64,000 bases of DNA. It comes from Pachysolen tannophilus NRRL Y-2460. Its lineage: Eukaryota. The first letter of the stretch is position 1, and each line of letters starts with the position of its first letter. This document shows positions 1-10,871 of this stretch, one piece after another. The DNA lies in NCBI GenBank assembly GCA_001661245.1, contig KV454017.1, positions 186,001-250,000 of the forward strand, read 5' to 3'. The translations under genes were made by a program, and so were the position numbers. The notes beneath the pieces were generated by a model. It saw nothing but the letters and a program-made list of their open reading frames with translations. It was not told the origin of the DNA and ran no database searches.

Positions 1-1184
1 AAAACTGTAGCAATGATTTCTAACATCTTGGAAATATTTAATTTTTCCAACTTGAAAATTCTGAACAATAACTCATCTGATTTAATTGTAACAATAGATT
101 GTCTTTGACTAGAATGCTGCGATTGCTGTTGTTGTTGCTGTTGTTGTTGTTGCTGCTGACTATGGTGTTGGTGATGACGGTGTTGCTGAGGGTGCCCATT
201 AGATTCATCTTTCCCGTTTTCACCATCATCGTTAAGTTCAAACAAGTTATTCATCTTGACATAGTTAAAAATCTTGATAAAACAATCGTGTTGTGTAGTT
301 TCTTGTGTACCCAACAATCCAATTAAATCCTCATTAACAACTTTTAATTTCGTTGGATACATTTTAGGCTGTATCACTATCTCTGCTTTAACTTCTTGAG
401 AAATATCACCTCCTTCAGTAACAGGTATCGAGGAACCAAATCTTTTAATATCTAACCCGTCAAATTGCTGTTGCAGTCTTTCCAACTCGGTTTTAGCGTG
501 TACCAAATCTTCATGCCATTCAACTATATTGTTATTGATAGGTCTTGGTGCCAACAAGTTATTATTATTCAATTGTTCTTGCAGCAGCAGTTGCAGCAGT
601 TGCTGCTGCAGTTGTTGCTGAAGTTGAAGTTGTTGCTCTTGCTCTTCAGGAGTTCTATCCGAGGGCTTCTTATCACCCGTGTATAATTCCACAGAAATAC
701 TAGACAAAAATGAACTAAATTTTTTCCTTGTAGGTAAATCCACTTCTTCATTATCATCTAAAAGCCTACCTTCAATTCTCAAAGTCCAAGAACCTTGTTG
801 TTGTTGTTGCTGTTGCAGCAGCAGCTGTTGTTGTTGCAATGGCTGAACATTATTTTGTAACTGCCAAGGCTGGTTCTCACTAATATTATAAATGAAAATT
901 CTCAAAATTTCAGGCTTATCCTCTTCTTCATCAACATCAGGCAACGTACCATTATTGATTCCATTCTGATACTCTTGCAAATCCAATAACTTCCGATTGA
1001 TAATCAAATCTAATTCTTTCTCTTTATATTGTAATTTCTTAAACATCTCAATCTGTTCTGGAAAAAGATTCTCTAAAGATTCAGAAATCATAACATCCGT
1101 AGGTTTAAACGAAACTGCTGGCGCAATCTGCGGTTGTGGCGGCGGAGGTGCCGAACCAACATTAGAAGTTTGCTGAACAGCCAT
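1..1184 (-). CDS. SNF12: SWI/SNF-RSC subunit with SWIB domain (Snf12/Rsc6 family); 3' end runs off the window
   Basis: Manual translation from ATG 1184 (MAVQQTSNVG...), in frame at all points checked: ILRIFIYNISENQPWQ, WTLRIEGRLLD, KKFSSF, TIKSDELLFRIF; poly-Q/A inserts. Absent from the ORF track because no stop lies in the window. Adjacent to THR4, as RSC6 is in S. cerevisiae. Confidence 0.85.
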   Translation of the reverse strand, partial: MAVQQTSNVGSAPPPPQPQIAPAVSFKPTDVMISESLENLFPEQIEMFKKLQYKEKELDLIINRKLLDLQEYQNGINNGTLPDVDEEEDKPEILRIFIYNISENQPWQLQNNVQPLQQQQLLLQQQQQQQGSWTLRIEGRLLDDNEEVDLPTRKKFSSFLSSISVELYTGDKKPSDRTPEEQEQQLQLQQQLQQQLLQLLLQEQLNNNNLLAPRPINNNIVEWHEDLVHAKTELERLQQQFDGLDIKRFGSSIPVTEGGDISQEVKAEIVIQPKMYPTKLKVVNEDLIGLLGTQETTQHDCFIKIFNYVKMNNLFELNDDGENGKDESNGHPQQHRHHQHHSQQQQQQQQQQQQSQHSSQRQSIVTIKSDELLFRIFKLEKLNISKMLEIIATV

Positions 1185-1397
1185 AACTCTTTATCTGATT
1201 ACCTTCTCTTAAAACCCCTTTACCCTTTTTACTTGGAAATAATTTTATAATTTATTTATTAACTTGGTCAACGAAAATAGCTTCTTACAATAAAATGTTT
1301 TTAAGAAAAAAAAAAAAAAATGGCCTATTTTATTGATATTTTACAAACGACTGAAATTTTTCAGTTTTGACTAAAACTATACAAGAAATCAGTTGAA

Positions 1398-2975
1398 TCA
1401 ATTGGAATTTTTGGCGAGTTTTTCGTTTTCTAATTCTTGGACGATGACGGTTTCAATTAGTTTCAAATCTGCGCTTTCTACTAATCTAACTTTTTTAGGT
1501 AATGAGTCGAATTTTTTGAATGCTTCCGGTAAGACTTTATTTTCAAAATCGTAACCTTCTAAACCAGTTAAAGATTTATTGACCACTTGAGAAAATTTAG
1601 CTGGATGAGCTGTTGACATGGAAATATATTTGAAGTTTCCTTGTGTCTTTTCGTCATCTTGGCTGATTTTCTTTAATGCAGCAGTGACACCAACTGAAGT
1701 ATGAGGGTCCATGATATAATTATTTTCTTGATAAATTTTTTTTATTGTAGAAACAGTTTCATCATTTGTAATTTTAAAAGAATCAAAAATTTCTCTTGTC
1801 TTTGCAAGAGTTTCTTTAGAAACACTAAAGACACCTTTTGGTGAAAGTAAGTTTAACATAAACTGTGCCAAGATCAGACCAGTTTTATTATCGTTATTTT
1901 CACCATCTGTTTGTTTAACCATATACCATAATAATCTTTCGAAATTTGAAGAAATTAAAATATCCATAGCTGGAGAATATGTTGCATTAACCTCTGATGA
2001 TTTATCATAATTCCCAGTTTTCAAGAATCTATCCAAGATATCATTTTCATTTGTAGCAATAATTAATTGTTCAATAGGTAATCCCATTTCTTTTGCATAA
2101 AAACCTGCCAATATATCACCAAAATTTCCTGAAGGAACAATAAATTTAATTTTAAAATTATTTCTTTCATCTTCAGGTAATTGATTTTTTAATTGAAAAT
2201 ATGAATGGAAATAATAAGTAATTTGAGCTAAAATTCTTGCCCAATTTATAGAATTTACAGCACCAATATGATATTTATCATTAAATTCTGTATCATTGAA
2301 AACTTTTTTAACAACATTTTGACAATCATCAAATGTTCCATTCACAGAAAGAGTATGGATATTAGCATCATTAACCGTTGTCATTTGTAATTCTTGAATT
2401 TGAGAAATTCTACCAGTTGGGTATAATATGAAAACTGAAACATTGGCTTTATTTCTTAACCCATAAATTGCTGCACTTCCAGTATCTCCAGATGTTGCTC
2501 CAACAACAGTTATAGAATTTTTTTCACTTTCATTAGAAATATTTTCATTTTTCCTATTTAAAAAAAATTCAAATAAATTACCAACAAATTGTAAAGCAAC
2601 ATCTTTAAAAGCATAAGTTGGTCCATGAAATAATTCTAAAAGGTATAAATTTTTAACACTATTTAATTTAACTAATGGAGTAATCTCATTTGTTCTAAAT
2701 GTTGAATATGAATCTTTAATCAATTTTTTTAAATCTTCATCTGAAATCTCTTTAACGGAAATATATAATCTCATAATATTAAAAGCCAACTCTTGAAATG
2801 AAAATTGATTCCAACTAGTTAAAAAATCACTTGGTAATTTCGGAATAACCGATGGAATAAATAATCCTCCATCTTTAGCTAACCCTGTAATAACAGCTTC
2901 TTCAAATGAAACTGCTTGGTCAACCTCCGAACGTGTAGAACGATACGACTGTGAAGCAGAAAAACTAGATGACAT
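1398..2975 (-). CDS. THR4: Threonine synthase
   Basis: YRSTR, GLAKDGGLF, ELFHGPTYAFKDVALQ (PLP lysine), GATSGDTGSAA, NSINWARI, PSGNFG, STAHPAKF. Confidence 0.97.
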   Translation of the reverse strand: MSSSFSASQSYRSTRSEVDQAVSFEEAVITGLAKDGGLFIPSVIPKLPSDFLTSWNQFSFQELAFNIMRLYISVKEISDEDLKKLIKDSYSTFRTNEITPLVKLNSVKNLYLLELFHGPTYAFKDVALQFVGNLFEFFLNRKNENISNESEKNSITVVGATSGDTGSAAIYGLRNKANVSVFILYPTGRISQIQELQMTTVNDANIHTLSVNGTFDDCQNVVKKVFNDTEFNDKYHIGAVNSINWARILAQITYYFHSYFQLKNQLPEDERNNFKIKFIVPSGNFGDILAGFYAKEMGLPIEQLIIATNENDILDRFLKTGNYDKSSEVNATYSPAMDILISSNFERLLWYMVKQTDGENNDNKTGLILAQFMLNLLSPKGVFSVSKETLAKTREIFDSFKITNDETVSTIKKIYQENNYIMDPHTSVGVTAALKKISQDDEKTQGNFKYISMSTAHPAKFSQVVNKSLTGLEGYDFENKVLPEAFKKFDSLPKKVRLVESADLKLIETVIVQELENEKLAKNSN

Positions 2976-3075
2976 TTTTTATTGCAATATTATTTATTTA
3001 TTTATACTGATTAACTAATATTAAATTATTCACTAATATTTTCAATTCCTACAATAATACCGATTTTTTGAATAA

Positions 3076-3082
3076 TGAGTCA
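3076..3082 (-). promoter_or_regulatory. Gcn4 site (TGACTCA) upstream of THR4
   Basis: TGAGTCA on + (TGACTCA on -), about 100 bp upstream of the THR4 ATG; fits general amino-acid control. Confidence 0.6.
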
Positions 3083-3185
3083 AAAAAAAGCAAAAAAAAA
3101 AAGAAAAAAAAAAAAAATTTTTTTTTCCGAACCCCGGAAAAACTATAGAGAAAATAGGGCCGGTTTGTGGCCCAATAAGGCCTTG

Positions 3186-4916
3186 CTATGGACCTTTTTG
3201 GTCTGTTTTATCTGCTGGATCTGATGGAGGACCGATGAGCTTACTGGCTTTGTTGGATTTCTTCAAGCCGACTTTACCATTAACCAATTCTATCTCGTAG
3301 CCAGCTTCTTCTAATGCGGCTTCTCCAAAAGCAGATGGTTTTTGTGCTTCTAATTTACTTATGAAATTTTGATTTTCCTGATTATTGAGTAAAAGGTATT
3401 TTAAACACATTATTGAACGTTCTTTGATAAAAGGTTCGTTATAATCTATATTACAATTGTTCAAGATTACTTCTAATCCATGGAGTTTTCTCATTTGTTC
3501 TTGGTTTTGAAAGTTTTCAAAAACTAATAATGTTAAAATCTCAATCAAAAGTGATTTACATCTTGGAAATTTTATATCAATAGTTTGAGTTTGATTTGTT
3601 GAAATAGATTCTTGTTCTTTTAAAGTTTTCTTTGTTTTAATATTTTCATCAAGATTTTTTAAAAAATTTAAAAATTTTTCTAAATATCCATAATGATTTA
3701 AAAAAATTCTAGCATGATTGAAATTTCCTAAATTTGTCAAGATATCCAATATATAAAAAATTTGTAAATTTAAAGGTTCTAATGATGACGATGATGACGA
3801 TGATGATGATGATGATGTCAAGATATCAATTACTCGTTTACTTAAATCATCATAAACTTGAAGAACCCACAGAAGACAACTTGTTAATTGATAATTTTCA
3901 AAATTTTCTTTATTTGTTAATATTAATTGAGCAGTTTTTAAAAAAATTATTGATAATTCAAAATCTTGTGATATTCTTTGCCATAATTTTATACAACTCT
4001 CATGCATGGAAATCTTGGTAAATAATGCAACCACTAATATTTGATCTTCTTCCAAATCTTTATCTTCATTTTCTGATGAATAAGGTATCAAACGAATCAC
4101 CCTTTGTATAAAAGGTATAACTTCTTTTGAATTTAAAAAATTGTATAAAAATTCACTTGAATTGAATAAATTATTTAAATAAACTAAAAATGTAGAAATA
4201 ACTCCTTTAGAAATCGAATAAATAATATATTTCTTATGATATTTCAAATCTTTATCATTATAATCATCACAACTTGTATCTTTATCATCATCATTTATAT
4301 TGAAAAAAAATTCAAATTTTGTAATCATAGTTATCAATGGTATCACTTTTTCAAAACTATACTCAAACCTCCGTAATTTCAACACTTCACTATCTTCAAC
4401 GTTAACTGCAGTCGAACAACTGGTTATGTTTGCCAAAAATTGTAAACAAGCATGAACACTCTTAACTGAAGCTTCAATTAAATTCAGATCATTTTCTTCT
4501 TTCTTGGAATCAAGTATTTCCATGTTAAATATCAGTAATTGTTGAACTAAATCATGATGATTCTCCAATTGTTGATGTTGCTCATCTCCATTATCTTTTA
4601 TACCCACCACCAAGTTCCTACTGATCAAGACAATACCACGAACTATTCTAACTTTATATGGAAAAACTGGATCTTCACTTCCACCATATTTTTGAAAAAT
4701 TTCAACTGCAAATTGTAAAAGTTGAGAAAGCTTCACCCAAACAGATATAGAAGAACTTAACAATTCTCTTGATCTCTCATCGGTATTCGTTATCGATAAT
4801 ATAAGACTTAACTTCGATAGTATCTGCTGGTACGCAAATTCTTCAGTAACTGGAGGATTTGATTCAAAGATCATTAAAGTCTCTGAAAGATATGACAAAC
4901 ATTCAGCTCTATCCAT
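3186..4916 (-). CDS. CTR86: Ataxin-10 homolog / Ctr86
   Basis: C-terminal ataxin-10 domain (FPRCKSLLIEIL, NQEQMRKLHGLEVILNNCNIDYNEPFIKERSIMCLKYLL); first ATG at 4916 (ORF track starts at GTG 4940); next to THR4 and PWP2. Confidence 0.85.
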   Translation of the reverse strand: MDRAECLSYLSETLMIFESNPPVTEEFAYQQILSKLSLILSITNTDERSRELLSSSISVWVKLSQLLQFAVEIFQKYGGSEDPVFPYKVRIVRGIVLISRNLVVGIKDNGDEQHQQLENHHDLVQQLLIFNMEILDSKKEENDLNLIEASVKSVHACLQFLANITSCSTAVNVEDSEVLKLRRFEYSFEKVIPLITMITKFEFFFNINDDDKDTSCDDYNDKDLKYHKKYIIYSISKGVISTFLVYLNNLFNSSEFLYNFLNSKEVIPFIQRVIRLIPYSSENEDKDLEEDQILVVALFTKISMHESCIKLWQRISQDFELSIIFLKTAQLILTNKENFENYQLTSCLLWVLQVYDDLSKRVIDILTSSSSSSSSSSSLEPLNLQIFYILDILTNLGNFNHARIFLNHYGYLEKFLNFLKNLDENIKTKKTLKEQESISTNQTQTIDIKFPRCKSLLIEILTLLVFENFQNQEQMRKLHGLEVILNNCNIDYNEPFIKERSIMCLKYLLLNNQENQNFISKLEAQKPSAFGEAALEEAGYEIELVNGKVGLKKSNKASKLIGPPSDPADKTDQKGP

Positions 4917-5238
4917 TACCTCTTCTAACCTCACTCGCACAAATTTCTAAACCTTCTTTCTTTCTTTTCTTTCTTTATGCCTCTACTCTTGAAAAATATC
5001 TAACCTAATATATCATTACTCATACAGAAATAAAAAACTAGTTGTCTTTATCATCATTTTTTGGCAAAGCCATGAATTTTTCATTTTTTGGGGTATTAAA
5101 CATTTTTACCAAATATCACTTTCAAATGGTGATGACGTCTACTTACACGACCGCTCAGAGTTATACTATTAAAACGACAAGAGATATTCATTTTAAATCT
5201 ATATATATGAGTTCTATAATCATTTTTTAATCCTCTAT

Positions 5239-7977
5239 TTATTCCGATTCATCATCGGAGGAGCCAAAAGCATCTACATTCAATTTTTGAGTACCATTTG
5301 GACCAAACCAACCTCCATCATCTTCATCTTCATCTGCATCTTCTGCATCTTCTGCATCTTCTTCGTCTTCTTCTGCATCAACAATCATTGTGTTGTCCTC
5401 TGCATCTTCAAACACCTCGTATTCTTCCTCTGTATCTTCTTGTTCAACATTTGTCGATTTTATGTTATTGCTGAGTTTGAAATAGTCAATCAAATATGAG
5501 TTATTGTTACCACACTTGACAATTTCCTTCACTGTTCTATTCAAAAGCCTCTGGATGAGTCTTAAACTACTTATAAAGTCACGTTTTCTCGAGTTTATAT
5601 ACATTCCATGTTCATCTAGTAACAGCTTGATCCAAATAATGTTAAATTCTAAATGTGGGTTATTCAATGAAAGTTCAGTGACAAATTTTAAAAATCTTGG
5701 TAAAAAGACATGAGGGATTTGTGATACAATCAATTTTATATCAATAACAGGAATTGATTCATAAACTTTATGAATCAAGTAAACTTCATTTAATCTCAAT
5801 GACATTATTAACGCATTCAAATATTCTTTTTCTTGCAAGACTTGTAAAGTTGTTTCAGGTGTAATATCGACATCTAAATCAAAAGGATCAAAAATCAACT
5901 CGTCATCAACAGAGTAAATTAACAATCCTTCTGTAGAAGCTGCTGCAAACGCCAGAGCAGTTGGAGAAAAACTTATCGAAGTAACTCTGATTTGAGCTCT
6001 AGTTTTCCTTAAAGATGGATCTCCACGATTTGAACCTGGTAAAGATAAATCAATTCTATCTTCTAGATCTGAATTTTCACCATCTCTATCAATCAAATCT
6101 AGTGGACCTGCATCAGTTAAATTCTTAGAGTTTAAATATTCCAAAGTACCATTTATCAGCATGTTTAATGATACCGTAAACCTTTTCAACAAGACAGAGT
6201 TTGGTATATCATAAAGACAAATAGAATTATTATTACCAGCAGCCACTAAAGTTAACCCATCAAATGAATAATTTATCGTGGTAAAATATTTTGATCTAGC
6301 AGAGTTTTTAGCTACAAATCTATCTTCAATAAATCTTCCACTTAAAATATCCCTCCTACCATCGATATCACCAACTTGCTTAGCATCTTCAATGTTCCAA
6401 AACTGAAGATGTCCATCTAGAGTTGAAACAGCAACTTCTTTTGAATCTGGTCTCATAGCTAGACATAATACATCTGAATAGATATTAAAAGGTTCAACAT
6501 GTTGTGATCTACCAAAGATATTCCATACTCTAACTGTTTTATCCCATGATGCACTTGCTAAAGTTGAATTTTCAGTTCCAAAAGCCAAACATGAAATAGG
6601 TCCTTCATGACCTGCTAAAGAATCTAATAATTGGGAAGTTTGTACTGACCATACAAAAATTTCAAAACTGTCAAGACTTCCAGCACATACAACTTCCCCA
6701 CTAGGATCTACTGCTAAACAACTAAATTGTACTCTTTCTGTAGCTGTAAAAGTTCTAAAATTTCTATATCTTATTAAATCATAAGCTCTTACAGTACCAT
6801 CTAATGAAGCACTAAATAATACGTTCCCTCTCTTGGCAAATTGTACTGCTGTAACAGAAGAAGAATGTTCTTCAAATGTAGCAAGACAAAACCCAGAAAG
6901 GATATCCCATATTTTAATTTTACCATCATCAGAAGCGGTTACTATTCTTGAACCATCAGGTGAATATGCTAGACAATTCATCGAATCAAAATGTCCCTGT
7001 TGTTTCAAGATATAAGATTCGGATTGCCATTCATAAACCAATAATTGCCCCAACTTGCTTGAACCAAAAGCTAACCATTCCCCAGATTTATTGATCTCTA
7101 CAGTGTTTACTTCATTTTGTCCCATACTTAATTGTTGAATTAATGCAAAATCTGGTAATTGGTATATTCTAAATTCTCCGTTTGTGAATCCAACAACTAA
7201 TAAATCGGATTGTGGGTGGAAAGTAGCACATTTAAGTTTTGCCTCTGAAAAGAAGTAATTTTTCAGAGTTATACGCCAACTTGGCTTAGATGTTGTTTCA
7301 TCTTCTTTCCCCTCGGTATATTCCCATTTAAATAAAGCACCATCTTTACTTACTGTATAAATTATTTCTTGGTTTTTATCAAAAAATGCTTTTATAACAA
7401 CATCATGATGCCCACCAAAGGTCATTGTTGTTGCTTCCTTCTCTTTAGAATCAATGGAAAAAATCCTAGCAGTCATATCTTTTGATGTAGAAATGAAAAA
7501 TCTTGAATCCCTTGACCAAGTAATCGATATAACATCATTATAATGACCTGAATAGATCCTATGACGCACAAAAGGTTGAAATTGTCTATCCTCACTGAAA
7601 TCGGGAGTCTTCCAAACTTGAATAAACCTTCCACAACATATACTGAAAAATTTACCACAAGGTGAAAATTGTAAATCAAGTACTTTTTCTTTAAAATTAA
7701 AATGATGTAACACAATCTTTGAAATAAAATTCACCAATATAGCCCTCCCATCTTCATCAACCGACAAGAGCAACGTCCCCTGCTTGTTAAGAGCAATTCT
7801 AGAAACATTTTTCCTATGCTCAAAACTGAACGTAAAAGACTTATTATTTATTAAATCAAAGCATGATATTCTATTTCCTACTGGACTTAAAAGTTTAGTA
7901 CCATCATCAGTGAAAACAATATTACCTTGACGATAAACAGTACCCAACAAGTTCGAAAACTTAAAATCTGATTTCAT
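5239..7977 (-). CDS. PWP2: WD40 90S pre-ribosome/UTP-B subunit Pwp2
   Basis: MKSDFKFSNLLGTVYRQGN start, multiple WD40 repeats, Utp12-type C-terminus, acidic tail; ATG at 7977. Confidence 0.96.
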   Translation of the reverse strand: MKSDFKFSNLLGTVYRQGNIVFTDDGTKLLSPVGNRISCFDLINNKSFTFSFEHRKNVSRIALNKQGTLLLSVDEDGRAILVNFISKIVLHHFNFKEKVLDLQFSPCGKFFSICCGRFIQVWKTPDFSEDRQFQPFVRHRIYSGHYNDVISITWSRDSRFFISTSKDMTARIFSIDSKEKEATTMTFGGHHDVVIKAFFDKNQEIIYTVSKDGALFKWEYTEGKEDETTSKPSWRITLKNYFFSEAKLKCATFHPQSDLLVVGFTNGEFRIYQLPDFALIQQLSMGQNEVNTVEINKSGEWLAFGSSKLGQLLVYEWQSESYILKQQGHFDSMNCLAYSPDGSRIVTASDDGKIKIWDILSGFCLATFEEHSSSVTAVQFAKRGNVLFSASLDGTVRAYDLIRYRNFRTFTATERVQFSCLAVDPSGEVVCAGSLDSFEIFVWSVQTSQLLDSLAGHEGPISCLAFGTENSTLASASWDKTVRVWNIFGRSQHVEPFNIYSDVLCLAMRPDSKEVAVSTLDGHLQFWNIEDAKQVGDIDGRRDILSGRFIEDRFVAKNSARSKYFTTINYSFDGLTLVAAGNNNSICLYDIPNSVLLKRFTVSLNMLINGTLEYLNSKNLTDAGPLDLIDRDGENSDLEDRIDLSLPGSNRGDPSLRKTRAQIRVTSISFSPTALAFAAASTEGLLIYSVDDELIFDPFDLDVDITPETTLQVLQEKEYLNALIMSLRLNEVYLIHKVYESIPVIDIKLIVSQIPHVFLPRFLKFVTELSLNNPHLEFNIIWIKLLLDEHGMYINSRKRDFISSLRLIQRLLNRTVKEIVKCGNNNSYLIDYFKLSNNIKSTNVEQEDTEEEYEVFEDAEDNTMIVDAEEDEEDAEDAEDADEDEDDGGWFGPNGTQKLNVDAFGSSDDESE

Positions 7978-8104
7978 CACAAAAAAAAAGGGAAGCCCAA
8001 AACCTTGTTACGTATGTCTGTGTCCAAGTATTGGCTTAATATCAACTTGATTAAATATACTTAATATATTTCATATACTAATTTTTAGCGGTATTAAAGG
8101 CAGG

Positions 8105-8183
8105 TGAAAAATTTTTTTATTTTTTTTTATTTTTTTTTTTTTTTTTTTTTTTTTTTGGCTTTCAACTGTATGAAAGAGATGAG
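8105..8183. promoter_or_regulatory. RRPE (TGAAAAATTTT, 8105-8115) and PAC core (GATGAG, 8178-8183) in the divergent PWP2/MPP6 promoter
   Basis: Motifs typical of ribosome-biogenesis regulons, between two RNA-processing genes. Confidence 0.6.
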
Positions 8184-8273
8184 ATTGATTTCCTCGAAAC
8201 GACTACTAAATTGAATTAAATTGAATTAATCAAGTTTAATTCAAGTATAGAAGAGTTTGAATAAGTATCGATC

Positions 8274-8819
8274 ATGAGTAAGAGTTCTAATGGCGGCTTT
8301 TCGAGCCGAGTACTGAATATGAAGGTAAGTATATAGGTATATATATAAGATGAAATTAATGTTTTAAATTTTATGGTACTAATTAATATGTTGTTTGTTT
8401 GTTTGTTTGTTTAGTTTATGAGAAAAGCAGAACAAGTTGAGATACAAAATAAAGAAGAAGAAACAGAGAGTAAATTAAAAGATTTAAGTCAATGGCTGTT
8501 ACCTAATATAGATTCTTTGAAGTTGAAGTTATTACGGAAAAGACCTCAGTTTAAACAAGTTGGGTTTTCAACATTAAATCAAGCATTGCAACAAGAAGAA
8601 GAAGAAGAAGAAGGGCCCGGAAAACAAAAAATTCCCCAAGAAAGTGGTCGGCGGCTCTTTGGAGGAAAAACCCCAGAAATTCCAGAAACTTTAGAAAACT
8701 CAGAACCATTAAAAGAAGAAATAAAACCAATTGTGAATAAGCAAAAGGAAGCTGTTAATAGTGGGAAAAGGAAATCTAATTCAAATGGTAAGGTTTCAAA
8801 AAAGAGGAAACAAAGGTAA
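8274..8819 (+). CDS. MPP6: Nuclear exosome cofactor Mpp6; 2 exons (8274-8324, 8415-8819), about 151 aa
   Basis: Spliced N-terminus MSKSSNGGFSSRVxNMK|FMRK matches the Mpp6 SSRVxNMKFM motif, plus a GRRLFG motif; intron 8325-8414 with GTAAGT, TACTAAT (8377-8383) and TTAG. Confidence 0.85.
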
Positions 8820-8861
8820 ACTCATATATATATATATATATATATATATTCTTTTATTTTT

Positions 8862-9704
8862 TTATTTTTTCTTTTTGTCTTTATTAGTAGAATCATTAAT
8901 ACCAGCTTTAACAATAGCATCTCTAGCTGCAGCGTTTATATGTTTAAATCTATCGGGACCCAAATGTATTCCTCCAAAATGTCTAGACACCACAACGACG
9001 CAGTTCCATACGTCCATGACAGTAAGCAAGTGGAGCAACCTTCCACCAGCAGCAGACTCTCCATCGTCGTCACAGTCCTGGTACTTCAAATCGCCCCGTC
9101 GTATTCTATATGCAAACATCACATGCAGCGCCTTGAGTAACTTCTTATCCGTTTTCAAATCACTTATCAACTTTGTAGTTTCCAGTACCGAATGGACTTC
9201 TCTTGCATAGGCTTGAAATTTCGATTTACGATCAATTATTGCATCAGACAAAACCCAGCCAGTAATAACATCAGCAGCAGTATCACCAGCATCACCAGTA
9301 TTAGTGTCAGTATCAGAAGTAAAAATTTCGGCACTTTTTTGTGGTTCACTAGGTAAATCATTTTCCAAAAATGATAAAAAATCAAACACACAAACCATAT
9401 CGGTAACGTACACTTTGTTCAACACTTGCTCACATATCTTCTTCAACCCACTATTACTGTTACTACTCATCACTTTATCCACTTTGTTTTCAAACTTTTC
9501 TGGCCTTGTTTCCCTTGCGGTAACCCGCTCAATACTTGGCGGTTTCCGCGGATAGTCCTTGGGGAAACTCATTTCAATTTTAACATCATCATGTTGTGGA
9601 ACTTTAAATTCATACGTCAGAGAACTTAATTTCTTAATAGAGTCTGGATAAATGGCCTCTATAGCGCCAATCTCATCTAAAAACTCTTGACAAGGAAATT
9701 GCAT
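8862..9704 (-). CDS. YIH1: IMPACT-family Gcn2 regulator (RWD + UPF0029)
   Basis: EIGAIEAIYP and FPKDYP (RWD); DRKSKFQA, DCDDDGESAAG, VVSRHFGGIHLGPDRFKHI; ATG at 9704. Confidence 0.93.
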   Translation of the reverse strand: MQFPCQEFLDEIGAIEAIYPDSIKKLSSLTYEFKVPQHDDVKIEMSFPKDYPRKPPSIERVTARETRPEKFENKVDKVMSSNSNSGLKKICEQVLNKVYVTDMVCVFDFLSFLENDLPSEPQKSAEIFTSDTDTNTGDAGDTAADVITGWVLSDAIIDRKSKFQAYAREVHSVLETTKLISDLKTDKKLLKALHVMFAYRIRRGDLKYQDCDDDGESAAGGRLLHLLTVMDVWNCVVVVSRHFGGIHLGPDRFKHINAAARDAIVKAGINDSTNKDKKKK

Positions 9705-10871
9705 GGCCACTTTGTCGATACCTGCATAACTTTGTTATTTATTATTGTTTATACTTCCCAGCTATGCGCTAATCTCCTTTGCTTTGAAACTCTGTTTGGT
9801 ATTTAAAAACAATAATAAGCCCAAAAAACAAAAAGTAGTGTAATAATGGGCGCTGAATAATAAAATAAAATTAAATTGAATTAAATTTAATAAAAAGTAA
9901 AATAAAATTTTAAATAAAACAAGCGTGTTACGTGCCCTTGATGACGCGGAATAAACCTCAAACACTTTTAAGCACTTCAAGCACTTTTAATCGCCTTTAA
10001 CCTTAATCTGGACGGAACCCCGCGCGTGCACGTCAAACGGACTTAGACGTATTTTATATTCCCCCAAATATACAAACTAATACTAAAATTGGAAAATACG
10101 TAATTATGTACTACGTAATTGTAAACAAGCCTTTGATTATTGATTAAACTAAAACCTAAACCTTGTTTGACATAAAAACTAATCAAGTAATTTCAAAGCT
10201 TATTTACACGGGGGAAAAAATAAAAAATGAAAAAAAAAATTTTTTTTTTATTTTTTCTTGTTTGTTTGTAACTTTGAAACACGATTACAACATCATGACG
10301 TAGTTTTTTTTTTTTTTCTTGTTTTTAACCAAAATAGAGTACAAATATAGTTTTTTTATACATTTTTTTAACATTTTTCACTTTAATTTATTTCCTCTTT
10401 TGGACAAATTGTCCGGCTGGACGAGGGGGCCCTACACATGACCCGCATATCCAGCAGATACCACATAAGAGCATCTCGAGCCAGATCACTAAACTACCTT
10501 TAACGCAGTAGAAAAGAAAGAAATAAGCAGAGAACGTTTCCGAGTAGAGAAGGGATTTTAGGTGTTTACGTTTTTTCGTTACGTCATTTATCTTTAGTGC
10601 TTCCCCAAACTATGCAGGCCGCTTTCTATTCAATTTCAGCTTAAGAGACACTGACGTCTTTTTTTTTTTTTTTTTCTCTATGGTTGTTGTTATTTTATTT
10701 TAAATATTGTATTGAATTGGTATCTATATAATGAGGTTGGAATCCTGTTTCATGGTAGTTAATTTTCCTTTTAATATTTTAAATTTTATCTTATTAATTA
10801 TTTGTTTAATTGTAATTCATATTTGAAATTAAAAAATTAAAATAATTTTTAATTTTTTTTTTCTTTTGAAG

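Noticed and set aside
99..757. Poly-Leu and poly-Asn short ORFs
   Set aside because: Antisense or off-frame readings of CAG/CAA tracts within SNF12
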